A model generated the notes under the pieces. That model was not told the origin of the DNA. It saw only the letters and a program-made list of their open reading frames with translations, and did no database searches. A stretch of DNA of 32,000 nt from Gemmata obscuriglobus (GTDB lineage Bacteria > Planctomycetota > Planctomycetia > Gemmatales > Gemmataceae), in assembly GCF_008065095.1 (NCBI RefSeq), contig NZ_CP042911.1, positions 6,990,001-7,022,000 of the forward strand, written 5' to 3'. The position numbers and the translations under genes were made by a program. Shown piece after piece: positions 20,292-28,176 of this stretch; within the stretch, counting starts at the first letter, position 1, and the number at the start of each line of letters is the position of its first letter.

Positions 20292-22023
20292 GAGGTCACG
20301 CCACGGTTTGCAGTAGGCCTTGCGGTCCTCGGGGCACGGGATAGGAAAAGCGCGGGGCGATTTCGCCGCAACTCTCGTGCGGGGCGAGTCATGAGCACAC
20401 CGCGTTTCACGGCCGAGGAACTCGACCGCCTTCGAGCACTGGCGGCGGAGTGGGGCAAAATCGTTTCCAAGCGGGCGTTCGGGGACGACGGGCCGGGATT
20501 GGACGTGGACTTCCGGACGATGGAGCAGATCGCCACCGCGGCGGCACAAGGGCTCACCGAAGGTGCCCTCCAGCAGATGCTCCACCAGCAGGCCCGGAAG
20601 GTGCCCGAACAGGTTCCGTGTCCGGTGTGTGGCGAGCCGTGCCCGACCCGACCACACACCCGCACCCTGGCGGCCCAAGGGGCCACGGTTCAACAGGCCG
20701 AACGGATCGCCCATTGTCCCGCCTGCCGGCGGGACTTTTTCCCCCCTGCGGCTGGCCCTCGGGCTGGATGAGCACGGGTACAGTTCCTCGGTCGTTCAAC
20801 GCATCGTCACGGCCGCCGCCCGGTTCTCCTCGTTCCGGGATGCCGCCGAGGCGGTGCGGATGACCGGGGTCACGATCAGCGACAACCAGGTGCGCCGACT
20901 GGCTCACGAGGTCGGGCACGAGTTGATCGCGCGGCGCGATCGGAAGGCGGTCGAGCACCGGCGCCGCCAGTTAGAGCCGCGGACCGTGGTGGTGCCCGTG
21001 GCCGTGGTGGTCGAGGTCGATGGGGGGCGCATCCGCACCCGCGCCGCGGGCGCCGGCCCGGGTGTTCACGAGGCCCAGAACAAGGAGGACAAGGTGGCGT
21101 GCCTGGCCACCCTGAGTGGCCCCACGTTCGCCACGGACCCGTGCCCCGAGCCGCCCGAGTCGTTCCGCTGCCCGCGCCGGGTGCGGCGCCTGGTGCAGCA
21201 GATGAAGGGCCCGGCGGGCGAGGTCGCGCCCCCGGAAACCGTGGACGAATCGACGCCCCCGGTGCCGGCCGGGGAACCCGAAGGGGCCGAGCGGTGGTCC
21301 CCGACACGGTTGGTGCGGACGTGCGTGGCGAGCCTGGAGGGGAGTACCGCGTTCGGCCCGATGATGGCCGCCGAGGCCCAGGAGCGGCGCTTCTATGAGG
21401 CCCCGCGTCGGGCGTTCGTAGCCGACGGTCAGGCGTACAACTGGACCATCTGGCGCGGGTACTTTGGTGCGTTCGAGCCGATCGTGGATTTCCTGCACGC
21501 GGTGTGTTACGTGTTCTCGTCGGCCGCGGCCGTGAGCCCCGATGAGGCGTCGGGTTGGTCCCAATACGTGGCCTGGATGCGCGCGTGCTGGCAGGGTCGC
21601 GTTGGAGAAGTGCTCACCGAACTGGATCAGTGGCAGGCGCGGCTGGGTGAGCCCCCACCGGGTGAGGCGGCGACGGCCGAGGAGCGCCGGGACCCGCGCC
21701 GGGTGGTGGCGCACGCGCGGACCTACTTGGGGAACAATCGGGATCGCATGGCGTACCCGCGATACCGGCGCAACGGGCTACCGACGACGAGTAGCTGGTC
21801 GAGTCACTGGTGGGCGAGATCAACGCCCGGGTGAAGAGCACACAGAAGCATTGGACCCGGCCCGACGGTGCCGAATCGATCCTGCAACTGCGGGCCGCCG
21901 TGCTGAGCCAAGACGACCGGCTCCCACGGTTCTTCGCCGAACGGCCGGGCTCCTCGTTCCGCAAACGAGATACACTCTGCCACAAATCAGAGGGTGCCAC
22001 AGCACAAACCGTGGCGTGACCTC
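20292..22023 (+). mobile_element. 1732-bp insertion sequence, ISKra4-like
   Basis: The 19-bp terminal inverted repeats are perfect: GAGGTCACGCCACGGTTTG at 20292-20310, and its reverse complement at 22005-22023. The element is flanked by the 9-bp direct repeat CTCGATTTC. It encodes a single transposase whose stop lies inside the right repeat. Confidence 0.82.
20391..22019 (+). pseudogene. ISKra4-family-like transposase interrupted by two frameshifts
   Basis: Three consecutive frames read through a single protein.
- MSTPRFTAEEL...CPVCG...HCPACRRDFFP changes frame at the T5C6 run (20736-20746).
- It continues as LRLALGLDEHGYSS...YPRYRRNGLPTTSS, then changes frame near 21795.
- It ends as LVESLVGEINARVKSTQKHW...
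The zinc-ribbon plus FFP-L motif and the C-terminal motif match my recollection of ISKra4 transposases. Confidence 0.75.
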
Positions 22024-22032
22024 CTCGATTTC
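22024..22032. repeat. Right copy of the 9-bp target-site duplication CTCGATTTC
   Basis: It is identical to 20283-20291 and lies immediately outside the right IS terminal inverted repeat. Confidence 0.75.
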
Positions 22033-22082
22033 CGGGCGCTCTCGCCGCAACCGAATTGCAAGCACGAAACGGTCAACGGAAC

Positions 22083-23225
22083 TCATACGCTCGTGATCTG
22101 CTTCAGCGCGTCGGCCAGCACGTCGATATCGGCGGCGGTGCTGAACGGCCCCGGGCTGACCCGCACCAAGCCGTCAGGAGCGGTGCCAAGCGCCTTATGG
22201 ACGTACGGCGAACAGTGCAAGCCGGGGCGCACCGCGATGTTAAACGACTGGTCGAGCACACCCGCGAATTCCGGCGCCGGGAGGAGTTCACACCGAAAGC
22301 TCAGCGCACCGACGCGCTGTGCCTCGTTCGCGTGGCCGAACACCTCGAACCCGGGCAGTTCCGCAAGGGCGCCCCGCAGGCGCTCGCACAGCTCCGTTTC
22401 GTGCCGGCGGATGCTCTCGACGCCGCGCGCTTCGACGAAGTCCAGCCCGGCGACCAGCCCCACGACGCCGAGCACGTTGGGCGTACCACCTTCAAGGTAG
22501 TGCGGGAAGTCGGTTGGTTGCGTGGGGGTGAGCGAGTCGCCCCCGGTGCCGCCCTCGCGCCACGGCCGGAGCGTCACGCGCGGCCCGACGTACAGTGCGC
22601 CGGTCCCCGTGGGGCCGAGCAGCGACTTGTGCCCCGGGAACGCGAGCAGATCGATGTGCGCGGCCTGGACATCGACCGCGATCGCCCCCGCGGTCTGTGC
22701 GGCGTCGACCAGAAACAGCACGTCGCGCTCGCGGCAGATGCGCCCCACGTCGGTGATCGGCTGCACGGTGCCGAGCACGTTGCTGGCGTGGGTCATCGCG
22801 ACGAGCCGGGTCTTCGGCCCGATCGCGGCGCGCACCGCTTCGGGGTCGATCGTGCCGCCGCTGTCGGCCGGAACGCGTGTCAGGGTGATGCGCCCGGCTT
22901 CCGCGAGCGCCACCAGCGGGCGCGACACGCTGTTGTGTTCGAGGTCCGTGGTGATGACGTGGTCGCCGTCGTTCAGTACGCCCTTGAACGCCATGTTGAG
23001 GGCGTCGGTGCAGTTGAGCGTGAACGCCCAGCGTTCCGGGTTGCGGCCGTTGAAGAAGCGGTTGAGCCGGTGCCGCGCGTCGGAGAGGGCGTGCTCGGAC
23101 TCCAGCGCCATCCGGTGCCCCGAGCGCCCCGGGTTGGCGAGCGAGTGCCGCGCGAAGCGGTCCATCGCGACGTACACGCTCTCGGGCTTCGGGAAGCTGG
23201 TCGCGGCGTTATCGAGGTAGATCAT
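22083..23225 (-). CDS. Class V aminotransferase, cysteine desulfurase family (380 aa)
   Basis: MIYLDNAATSFPKP; the PLP-lysine motif FPGHKSLLGPTGTGALYV; and RPGLHCSPYVHK near the C-terminus. This resembles the stand-alone cysteine desulfurase / selenocysteine lyase-like subfamily. Confidence 0.85.
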   Translation of the reverse strand: MIYLDNAATSFPKPESVYVAMDRFARHSLANPGRSGHRMALESEHALSDARHRLNRFFNGRNPERWAFTLNCTDALNMAFKGVLNDGDHVITTDLEHNSVSRPLVALAEAGRITLTRVPADSGGTIDPEAVRAAIGPKTRLVAMTHASNVLGTVQPITDVGRICRERDVLFLVDAAQTAGAIAVDVQAAHIDLLAFPGHKSLLGPTGTGALYVGPRVTLRPWREGGTGGDSLTPTQPTDFPHYLEGGTPNVLGVVGLVAGLDFVEARGVESIRRHETELCERLRGALAELPGFEVFGHANEAQRVGALSFRCELLPAPEFAGVLDQSFNIAVRPGLHCSPYVHKALGTAPDGLVRVSPGPFSTAADIDVLADALKQITSV

Positions 23226-23539
23226 GATGAACCGTCGGCCGGCCCGAACCGGCTATGGAGGATCGCCCAGAGCGCAAAGCCGTGCCGCTCTTCTGGCAAC
23301 ACGCGGTCGAGAAACAGGTACAGCAGGTGTTGCTGTTCGCCCGACAAGTCCGCCAGGCGGAACCGCACGTCGCAAGCGTTGGAAACAGGCGGGTGGTAAC
23401 CGTGATCGACGAACCGCCACCATGTCAGCCGGTCCGCCCAGACCTCACGCGGGACGCCGACGGCGATGAGATCGGCCTCGTTAGCCGCCACCCACAGGCG
23501 CCACTCGCGTTCGCCCTGCTTGTCGCGGCGGAAGCTCAA
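23222..23539 (-). CDS. Hypothetical protein (105 aa), start uncertain
   Basis: The only start in the ORF is the TTG at 23539, which overlaps the Uma2 stop (TTGA). Its own stop overlaps the desulfurase ATG (ATGA). The sequence is Trp-rich and protein-like. I recognise no family. Confidence 0.45.
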   Translation of the reverse strand: MSFRRDKQGEREWRLWVAANEADLIAVGVPREVWADRLTWWRFVDHGYHPPVSNACDVRFRLADLSGEQQHLLYLFLDRVLPEERHGFALWAILHSRFGPADGSS

Positions 23540-24141
23540 GGCAGCAAATCGGTTACTGAGATTGTACCGACCTGCTCGCCGTCAACTACTACGGGCACCA
23601 CGTCGCCCGGGCCGTAGTCGGCGCGTGTCTTGTACGTCGGGTTCTTGCCGCCCTTCGGTTGCGTGTACACTTCCACGCACCGATCCACGAGATTTACGAT
23701 CCAGTACACGGGCAACTTGGCCTTCGCGTACTGCGGGATTTTCAACCGCCGGTCCTCGTCGAGCGAAGTGTCAGACACCTCAATGACGATCGTCACGTCC
23801 TTTTCCGTCGGGTGCCGCTTCGTGTACTGCTGTTTCGGCGCCTGGACGACGGCGACGTCCGGCTCAGGTGCGTTGTCGCCGGGGAGCCGCACCGGCAGTT
23901 GCGTGCGCGTCGTCCACTCGGCCGGGAGCAAATCGGCGATGGCGCTGTTGGTCACATCGACCGTACCGGCGTGCTGAGGGTTGTGGGCCATCTTGTCCAC
24001 CAGCCAGCCGTCGATCAGCTCGGAGCGGTCGCCGGGGGTGAAGAACCCGATCGCCGTCAGCCGCTCGTACTCCTCGATCGTGAACCGGTGAACGGAGCGC
24101 GGGGGGGCGTCGGCAGGCAGCGGCGCGACCTTCGTTCCCAT
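23536..24141 (-). CDS. Uma2-family (DUF820) putative endonuclease (201 aa)
   Basis: The start is the ATG at 24141 (MGTKVAPL...) with AGGAGG upstream. The sequence FTIEEYERL...ELIDG...PDVAVV...IVIEVSDTS...K...YA...YWIV shows the PD-(D/E)xK layout of Uma2 proteins. Confidence 0.8.
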   Translation of the reverse strand: MGTKVAPLPADAPPRSVHRFTIEEYERLTAIGFFTPGDRSELIDGWLVDKMAHNPQHAGTVDVTNSAIADLLPAEWTTRTQLPVRLPGDNAPEPDVAVVQAPKQQYTKRHPTEKDVTIVIEVSDTSLDEDRRLKIPQYAKAKLPVYWIVNLVDRCVEVYTQPKGGKNPTYKTRADYGPGDVVPVVVDGEQVGTISVTDLLP

Positions 24142-24322
24142 GCGGATACCTCCTACCGCAAGAATCTTACGCCCCACCCGGACGGCCGCGCACACCAGCG
24201 AGCCTCTGCCCCGCTGGTATGCGCCGGGCGTGCGTCCGGGGTTCACGCGGAACCGGCTCGCGTCGGTCATGCGTGCCAGAGACCCGCGCTCCGGCGCCGG
24301 CACCTTTCAACCGGATTCGGCA

Positions 24323-25378
24323 TCAGTGCCCGACGTACTTGGCGTACAGCGTGCGGGCCTTGTCCGGCTCGTCGGTGCCCTTGATGATCGCCCGGCCGTC
24401 CTCGAACACCGTGAACTCGTACGGGTCGCCGTTCTCGACCAGTTGGAACTTCAGCAGGAACTTGTTGTAGCTCACCTCGCCCGACTGCTTCAGCACGCCC
24501 GCGAGGTACGCGAAGTCGAGCTTGCCCTTCGTCCGGTGGCTCACTTGCACCGCGTTGCGGCCGCACAGCGACGTGGTCTGGGTGCCGTGCGCGCCGTCGA
24601 GCCACTCGAAGTTACGCTTCGCGCAGCACGGGCACTGCCCCTTGCGCCCCGCGAGCGGCGCCACCTTCACGCGCTTGTTGGTGTTCTCCCACACGTCGAG
24701 GATCAGCAGCTCGCGATTCACCGCGGCCTTGTTGCCGGACAGCAGCTTGATCGCCTCGGTGGCCTGGTAGCTTGCGACGATGGCGACCGCCGGCCCGAGC
24801 ACGCCGGCCGTCTCACACGTCCCGGTCTCGCCCGGGGCCGGTGCGGCCTCAAACACGCACCGCAGGCACGGCGTCTCGCCCGGGATGATGGTCATGCTCA
24901 TCCCCTGGCTGCCCACCGCCCCGCCGTAGACCCACGGCTTCCCGTGCTTGAACGCCACGTCGTTGATGAGGTAGCGGATCTCGAAGTTGTCGCTGCCGTC
25001 GAGGATCAGGTCGGCGCCGTCGCAGAAGTCCTCAATGTTGGTGCGGTTGATGTCCGCGACGATCGGCTCCACCGTGACCGACGAGTTGATCGCGCGCAGT
25101 TTGGTGGCGGCGGCCTCGGCCTTCGGCAGGTTGCTGGTCACGTCGGACTCGTCGAACAGCACCTGCCGCTGCAAGTTCGACGGCTCGACGAAGTCGCGGT
25201 CGATGACCCGCACGAACCCCACACCGGCGCGCACGAGGGTGTTGGCGAGCACGGTGCCGAGCGCGCCGCACCCGCAGAGCGTGACGCGGCTGGCGAGCAG
25301 TTTCTCCTGCCCACCTTTGCCCAGACCCGGGAACCGCATCTGGCGGGAGTAACGTTCGAGAGGGTTCGCGTCGTTCAT
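24323..25378 (-). CDS. ThiF/MoeB-family adenylyltransferase (E1-like), Bacillus MoeB/ThiF architecture, no rhodanese domain
   Basis: YSRQMRFPGLG, the nucleotide loop CGCGALGT, DRDFVEPSNLQRQ, the zinc motifs CLRC and CPCC, and a C-terminal LCGRNAVQV...FEDGRAIIKGT domain, as in B. subtilis MoeB. Confidence 0.9.
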   Translation of the reverse strand: MNDANPLERYSRQMRFPGLGKGGQEKLLASRVTLCGCGALGTVLANTLVRAGVGFVRVIDRDFVEPSNLQRQVLFDESDVTSNLPKAEAAATKLRAINSSVTVEPIVADINRTNIEDFCDGADLILDGSDNFEIRYLINDVAFKHGKPWVYGGAVGSQGMSMTIIPGETPCLRCVFEAAPAPGETGTCETAGVLGPAVAIVASYQATEAIKLLSGNKAAVNRELLILDVWENTNKRVKVAPLAGRKGQCPCCAKRNFEWLDGAHGTQTTSLCGRNAVQVSHRTKGKLDFAYLAGVLKQSGEVSYNKFLLKFQLVENGDPYEFTVFEDGRAIIKGTDEPDKARTLYAKYVGH

Positions 25379-25443
25379 GGTGCGTTAAGTGAGAAAGGGG
25401 AGCGGCTCGCGCTCCCCTTTGAGTGTGTGGAGGTGGCGCCGGC

Positions 25444-25797
25444 CTACAGGCCTATTTCATTCTCTTTGAGGAACTCTTGCAGGAATCGCACGTGCTGTTT
25501 GGGCCACTTCTCTTCCCGCGCGAACCCGACCAGCGCGGCCATGTCCTCACGTACCCGCCGCAGGTCCGGCCCGTCGAGCCGCTGCATGTACGAGACGAGG
25601 TAGTGCATCGCCTCCTCGGCCACCGCCGGGTTCAGCACCCCCGGCTCGGACCCTTCGAGGAAGACGTAGCTGTGGATCGCGGCGAGCAAGAGCGGGTGGA
25701 CGCCCAGCTCGGCCGGGATCAGCGGGAACACCGCGGCCCCGTCGGGCGCCTCTTCGGGCTTCTTCTCTTCGGCGGACATCCGGAGCCTCACGGTCAA
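25444..25797 (-). CDS. Hypothetical Cys-free helical protein (111-117 aa)
   Basis: The track start is a TTG at 25797, overlapping the upstream stop. A more likely start is the ATG at 25779 (MSAEEKKPEE...). GC3 bias is good and I recognise no family. Confidence 0.55.
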   Translation of the reverse strand: MTVRLRMSAEEKKPEEAPDGAAVFPLIPAELGVHPLLLAAIHSYVFLEGSEPGVLNPAVAEEAMHYLVSYMQRLDGPDLRRVREDMAALVGFAREEKWPKQHVRFLQEFLKENEIGL

Positions 25798-26072
25798 TCG
25801 CCGACGGCGTAAATCAGTACCAGCAGTTCGTCGTCGCCGTGAACCGCGTCAGGATCGTATCGCAACGACTCGCCGTCAGAATCGCGATACAGTTCGAACC
25901 ACCCGTGCGGGTTACCGTCCGCGTCGATCAGCCGCTCGCTCAGCGACGGGAACCGCGCCGCGAGTTCGTGGTAGATAGCGGCCCACGTCTTGGCCGCAAC
26001 TCGTACTTCAGCCGCCTTATGACCTTGCTGCTCGGGAGAAAAGTAGACGTTCGGCAGCAAAACGGTCGGCAT
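25794..26072 (-). CDS. Second beta-grasp (MoaD/ThiS-like) protein without a C-terminal Gly-Gly (92 aa)
   Basis: ATG 3 nt after the MoaD-like stop. Length and pattern follow MoaD: ...FPSLSERLIDADG...YDPDAVHGDDELLVLIYAVGD can be set against ...YPGVEPKLFADGK...MDTAVTDGVIVALIPAVAGG in the neighbour. It ends in GD rather than GG. Confidence 0.5.
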   Translation of the reverse strand: MPTVLLPNVYFSPEQQGHKAAEVRVAAKTWAAIYHELAARFPSLSERLIDADGNPHGWFELYRDSDGESLRYDPDAVHGDDELLVLIYAVGD

Positions 26073-26075
26073 ACG

Positions 26076-26348
26076 TCACCCGCCCGCGACGGCGGGAATG
26101 AGCGCCACGATCACGCCGTCGGTCACCGCGGTGTCCATCTCGTCGAGGTAGCGGATGTCCTCGTCGTTCAGGAACACGTTGATGTACGGGCGGAGCTTGC
26201 CGTCCGCGAACAGCTTGGGCTCGACCCCGGGGTACTGGCGCACGAGGTCCGCGAGCGCGGCCTTCACGGTCGCGCCGGTCACGTCCACTTCCGCCTTCCC
26301 GCCGGTCTGCTCGCGCATCGGGGTCGGGATCTGAACCTTGATCGCCAT
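26076..26348 (-). CDS. MoaD/ThiS-family sulfur-carrier protein ending in Gly-Gly (90 aa)
   Basis: MAIKVQIPTPMREQTGGKAEVDV...DGVIVALIPAVAGG-stop. Size, pattern and the terminal GG are typical of CysO/MoaD/ThiS-type carriers. Confidence 0.8.
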   Translation of the reverse strand: MAIKVQIPTPMREQTGGKAEVDVTGATVKAALADLVRQYPGVEPKLFADGKLRPYINVFLNDEDIRYLDEMDTAVTDGVIVALIPAVAGG

Positions 26349-26369
26349 ACGATCCTCATCTCGCTTCGG

Positions 26370-26738
26370 TCATCGTGGGATAATCAGCATTATCCACATT
26401 CCGATAGTTAACAGCACCGCTACGCCCAGCCACACACGCCACAGCAGCGGGAGTTGGCGGAACGCGATCAGAGCATTGTTCTCGGCGCTGGCGCGGGCCA
26501 CCATGCGGTTCGTCCACGGGAACAACAGCAAGCCGATGCCGGTCCAGGTTCCGCCGCCCGCGAACAGGCCTTGGAAAGCGATGACCGCACGAATCCGGAC
26601 CCGGCCGGCGCCCTCGACGAACACCATGACGGCCATGATCGCGCCGAGGAGCAGAAGTGCCGCGCCCAGCGGGCGCGACTTTTTGTGCGGTCGATCGGGG
26701 TCCGGGCCGGCGTCCGGCCGTTCGCCGGGCGGGCTCAC
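26370..26738 (-). CDS. Small predicted 3-TM membrane protein (~122 aa)
   Basis: The GTG at 26736-26738 overlaps the TGA of the ThrC-like gene (GTGA). Hydrophobic segments are LGAALLLLGAIMAVMVFV, VIAFQGLFAGGGTWTGIGLLLFPW and LLWRVWLGVAVLLTIGMWIMLII. This is the only sensible part of the 447-aa track ORF. The start could instead be an internal ATG. Confidence 0.5.
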   Translation of the reverse strand: MSPPGERPDAGPDPDRPHKKSRPLGAALLLLGAIMAVMVFVEGAGRVRIRAVIAFQGLFAGGGTWTGIGLLLFPWTNRMVARASAENNALIAFRQLPLLWRVWLGVAVLLTIGMWIMLIIPR

Positions 26739-28006
26739 ACCAGCACCGGTTCCGCAGCCCGCTCGCCCAGCCCGACCAGTTCCTTGAAGTCGGCCAGGGC
26801 CGGCTTGATGACCGCCGGCTCGTCGAGGGCGTCGAACACCGCGTCCTGGGTCTTGAGCCCGTTGCCGGTGATGCAGATCACGATCTCCTCGTGCCGCGGG
26901 ATGCGGCCCGACTCGATCAGCTTCTTGGCGACCGCCAGCGTCGTCCCGCCGGCCGTCTCCGCGAACACGCCCTCGGTCTTCGCGAGGAGCTGCATCCCCT
27001 CCACGATCTCCGCGTCGGTCACGTCCTCGGCCCAGCCGCCGGTCTCGCGGATCAGCTTCGCCGCGAAGTACCCGTCGGCCGGGTCGCCGATGGCGAGGCT
27101 CTTGCAGATCGTGTTGGGGGTCCGCACCGGCTTGTGCCGCTCGCGGTTGCTCTTCACGCAGTCCGCGATCGGGTTGCAGCCGGCGGCCTGCGCCCCGTAC
27201 ATCTTGGTCGTGACCGGTTGGTCCACGAGCCCGAGCTTGCTCAGCTCGGTGAACCCCTTGTGGATCTTGCCGATCAGCGCGCCGCCGGCCATCGGGCAGA
27301 CGACGTGCTGCGGGAACCGCCAGCCCAGGTCCTCGGCGATCTCGAACCCGACCGTCTTGGACCCTTCCGCGTAGAACGGGCGCAGGTTCACGTTCACGAA
27401 CCCCCACCCGTACTCCATCACGATCTGGGTGCAGAGCCGGTTCACCTGGTCGTAGGTGCCGGACACCTTCACGACCTTCGCGCCGTACACCGCGGTGCCC
27501 AGGATCTTGACCCGCTCGAGGTCGGCCGGGACCAGGATGGTGGCCTCGAGCCCGGCGGACGCGGACAGCGCCGCGACGCTGTTGGCGAGGTTCCCGGTGC
27601 TGGCGCACCCGACCATCCGCATCCCGAGTTCGCGGGCCTTCGAGAGCGCGACGGAGACGACGCGGTCCTTGAACGAGAGGGTCGGGAAGTTGACCGCGTC
27701 GTTCTTGATCCACAGCCGCTCGACGCCCAGCGCGTCCGCGAGCCGGTCGGCGCGGATCAGCGGGGTGCCGCCGACCTGCGGGCCGACGGTCGGTTCGCCG
27801 TCGAGCGGGAGCAGCTCACGGTACCGCCACATGTTTTTGGGGCGCGACTGGAACTTGGCCCGGCTGACGTGCGGCTTGATCTTTTCGTAATCGTAGGCGA
27901 CTTCGAGCGGCCCGGAATCGTCGGCGCAGAAGAAGTGCGCGCCCTTCGGGTACAGTTTGCCGCACACGCGACACTTCAGGCCCAGAACGAAGTCGTTACT
28001 CGCCAC
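26735..28006 (-). CDS. Threonine synthase-family PLP enzyme (ThrC homologue; MetM-like role proposed)
   Basis: The likely start is the GTG at 28006 with AGGGG 8 nt upstream; the track start is a TTG at 28036. The N-terminus is zinc-ribbon-like (CRVCG). The PLP-lysine motif is NFPTLSFKDR. GCASTGNLANS and the overall ThrC layout are present. Confidence 0.85.
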   Translation of the reverse strand: MASNDFVLGLKCRVCGKLYPKGAHFFCADDSGPLEVAYDYEKIKPHVSRAKFQSRPKNMWRYRELLPLDGEPTVGPQVGGTPLIRADRLADALGVERLWIKNDAVNFPTLSFKDRVVSVALSKARELGMRMVGCASTGNLANSVAALSASAGLEATILVPADLERVKILGTAVYGAKVVKVSGTYDQVNRLCTQIVMEYGWGFVNVNLRPFYAEGSKTVGFEIAEDLGWRFPQHVVCPMAGGALIGKIHKGFTELSKLGLVDQPVTTKMYGAQAAGCNPIADCVKSNRERHKPVRTPNTICKSLAIGDPADGYFAAKLIRETGGWAEDVTDAEIVEGMQLLAKTEGVFAETAGGTTLAVAKKLIESGRIPRHEEIVICITGNGLKTQDAVFDALDEPAVIKPALADFKELVGLGERAAEPVLV

Positions 28007-28176
28007 AGAAACACCCCTGGTGAGAGACAAACGCAACTCGCTTTTCGGAGCGAAGTTACGCGGTCGATTTCGTTACGGGGTGAGTGCTTAGCCAGATGCG
28101 CCGCAACGCGTCCCTGTGTGCGGCTGGGTGGTGAGATAAGAGTACGGCGGGGCCGTAAAGAACGGCCCTACACGAG

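Noticed and set aside
20736-20746. Programmed ribosomal frameshift in the IS transposase at the T5C6 run.
   Set aside because: The required shift is +1 (one base skipped), not the usual -1 on an A/T-rich slippery heptamer. A second, unrelated frame change is also needed near 21795. Mutation or sequencing error is more likely.
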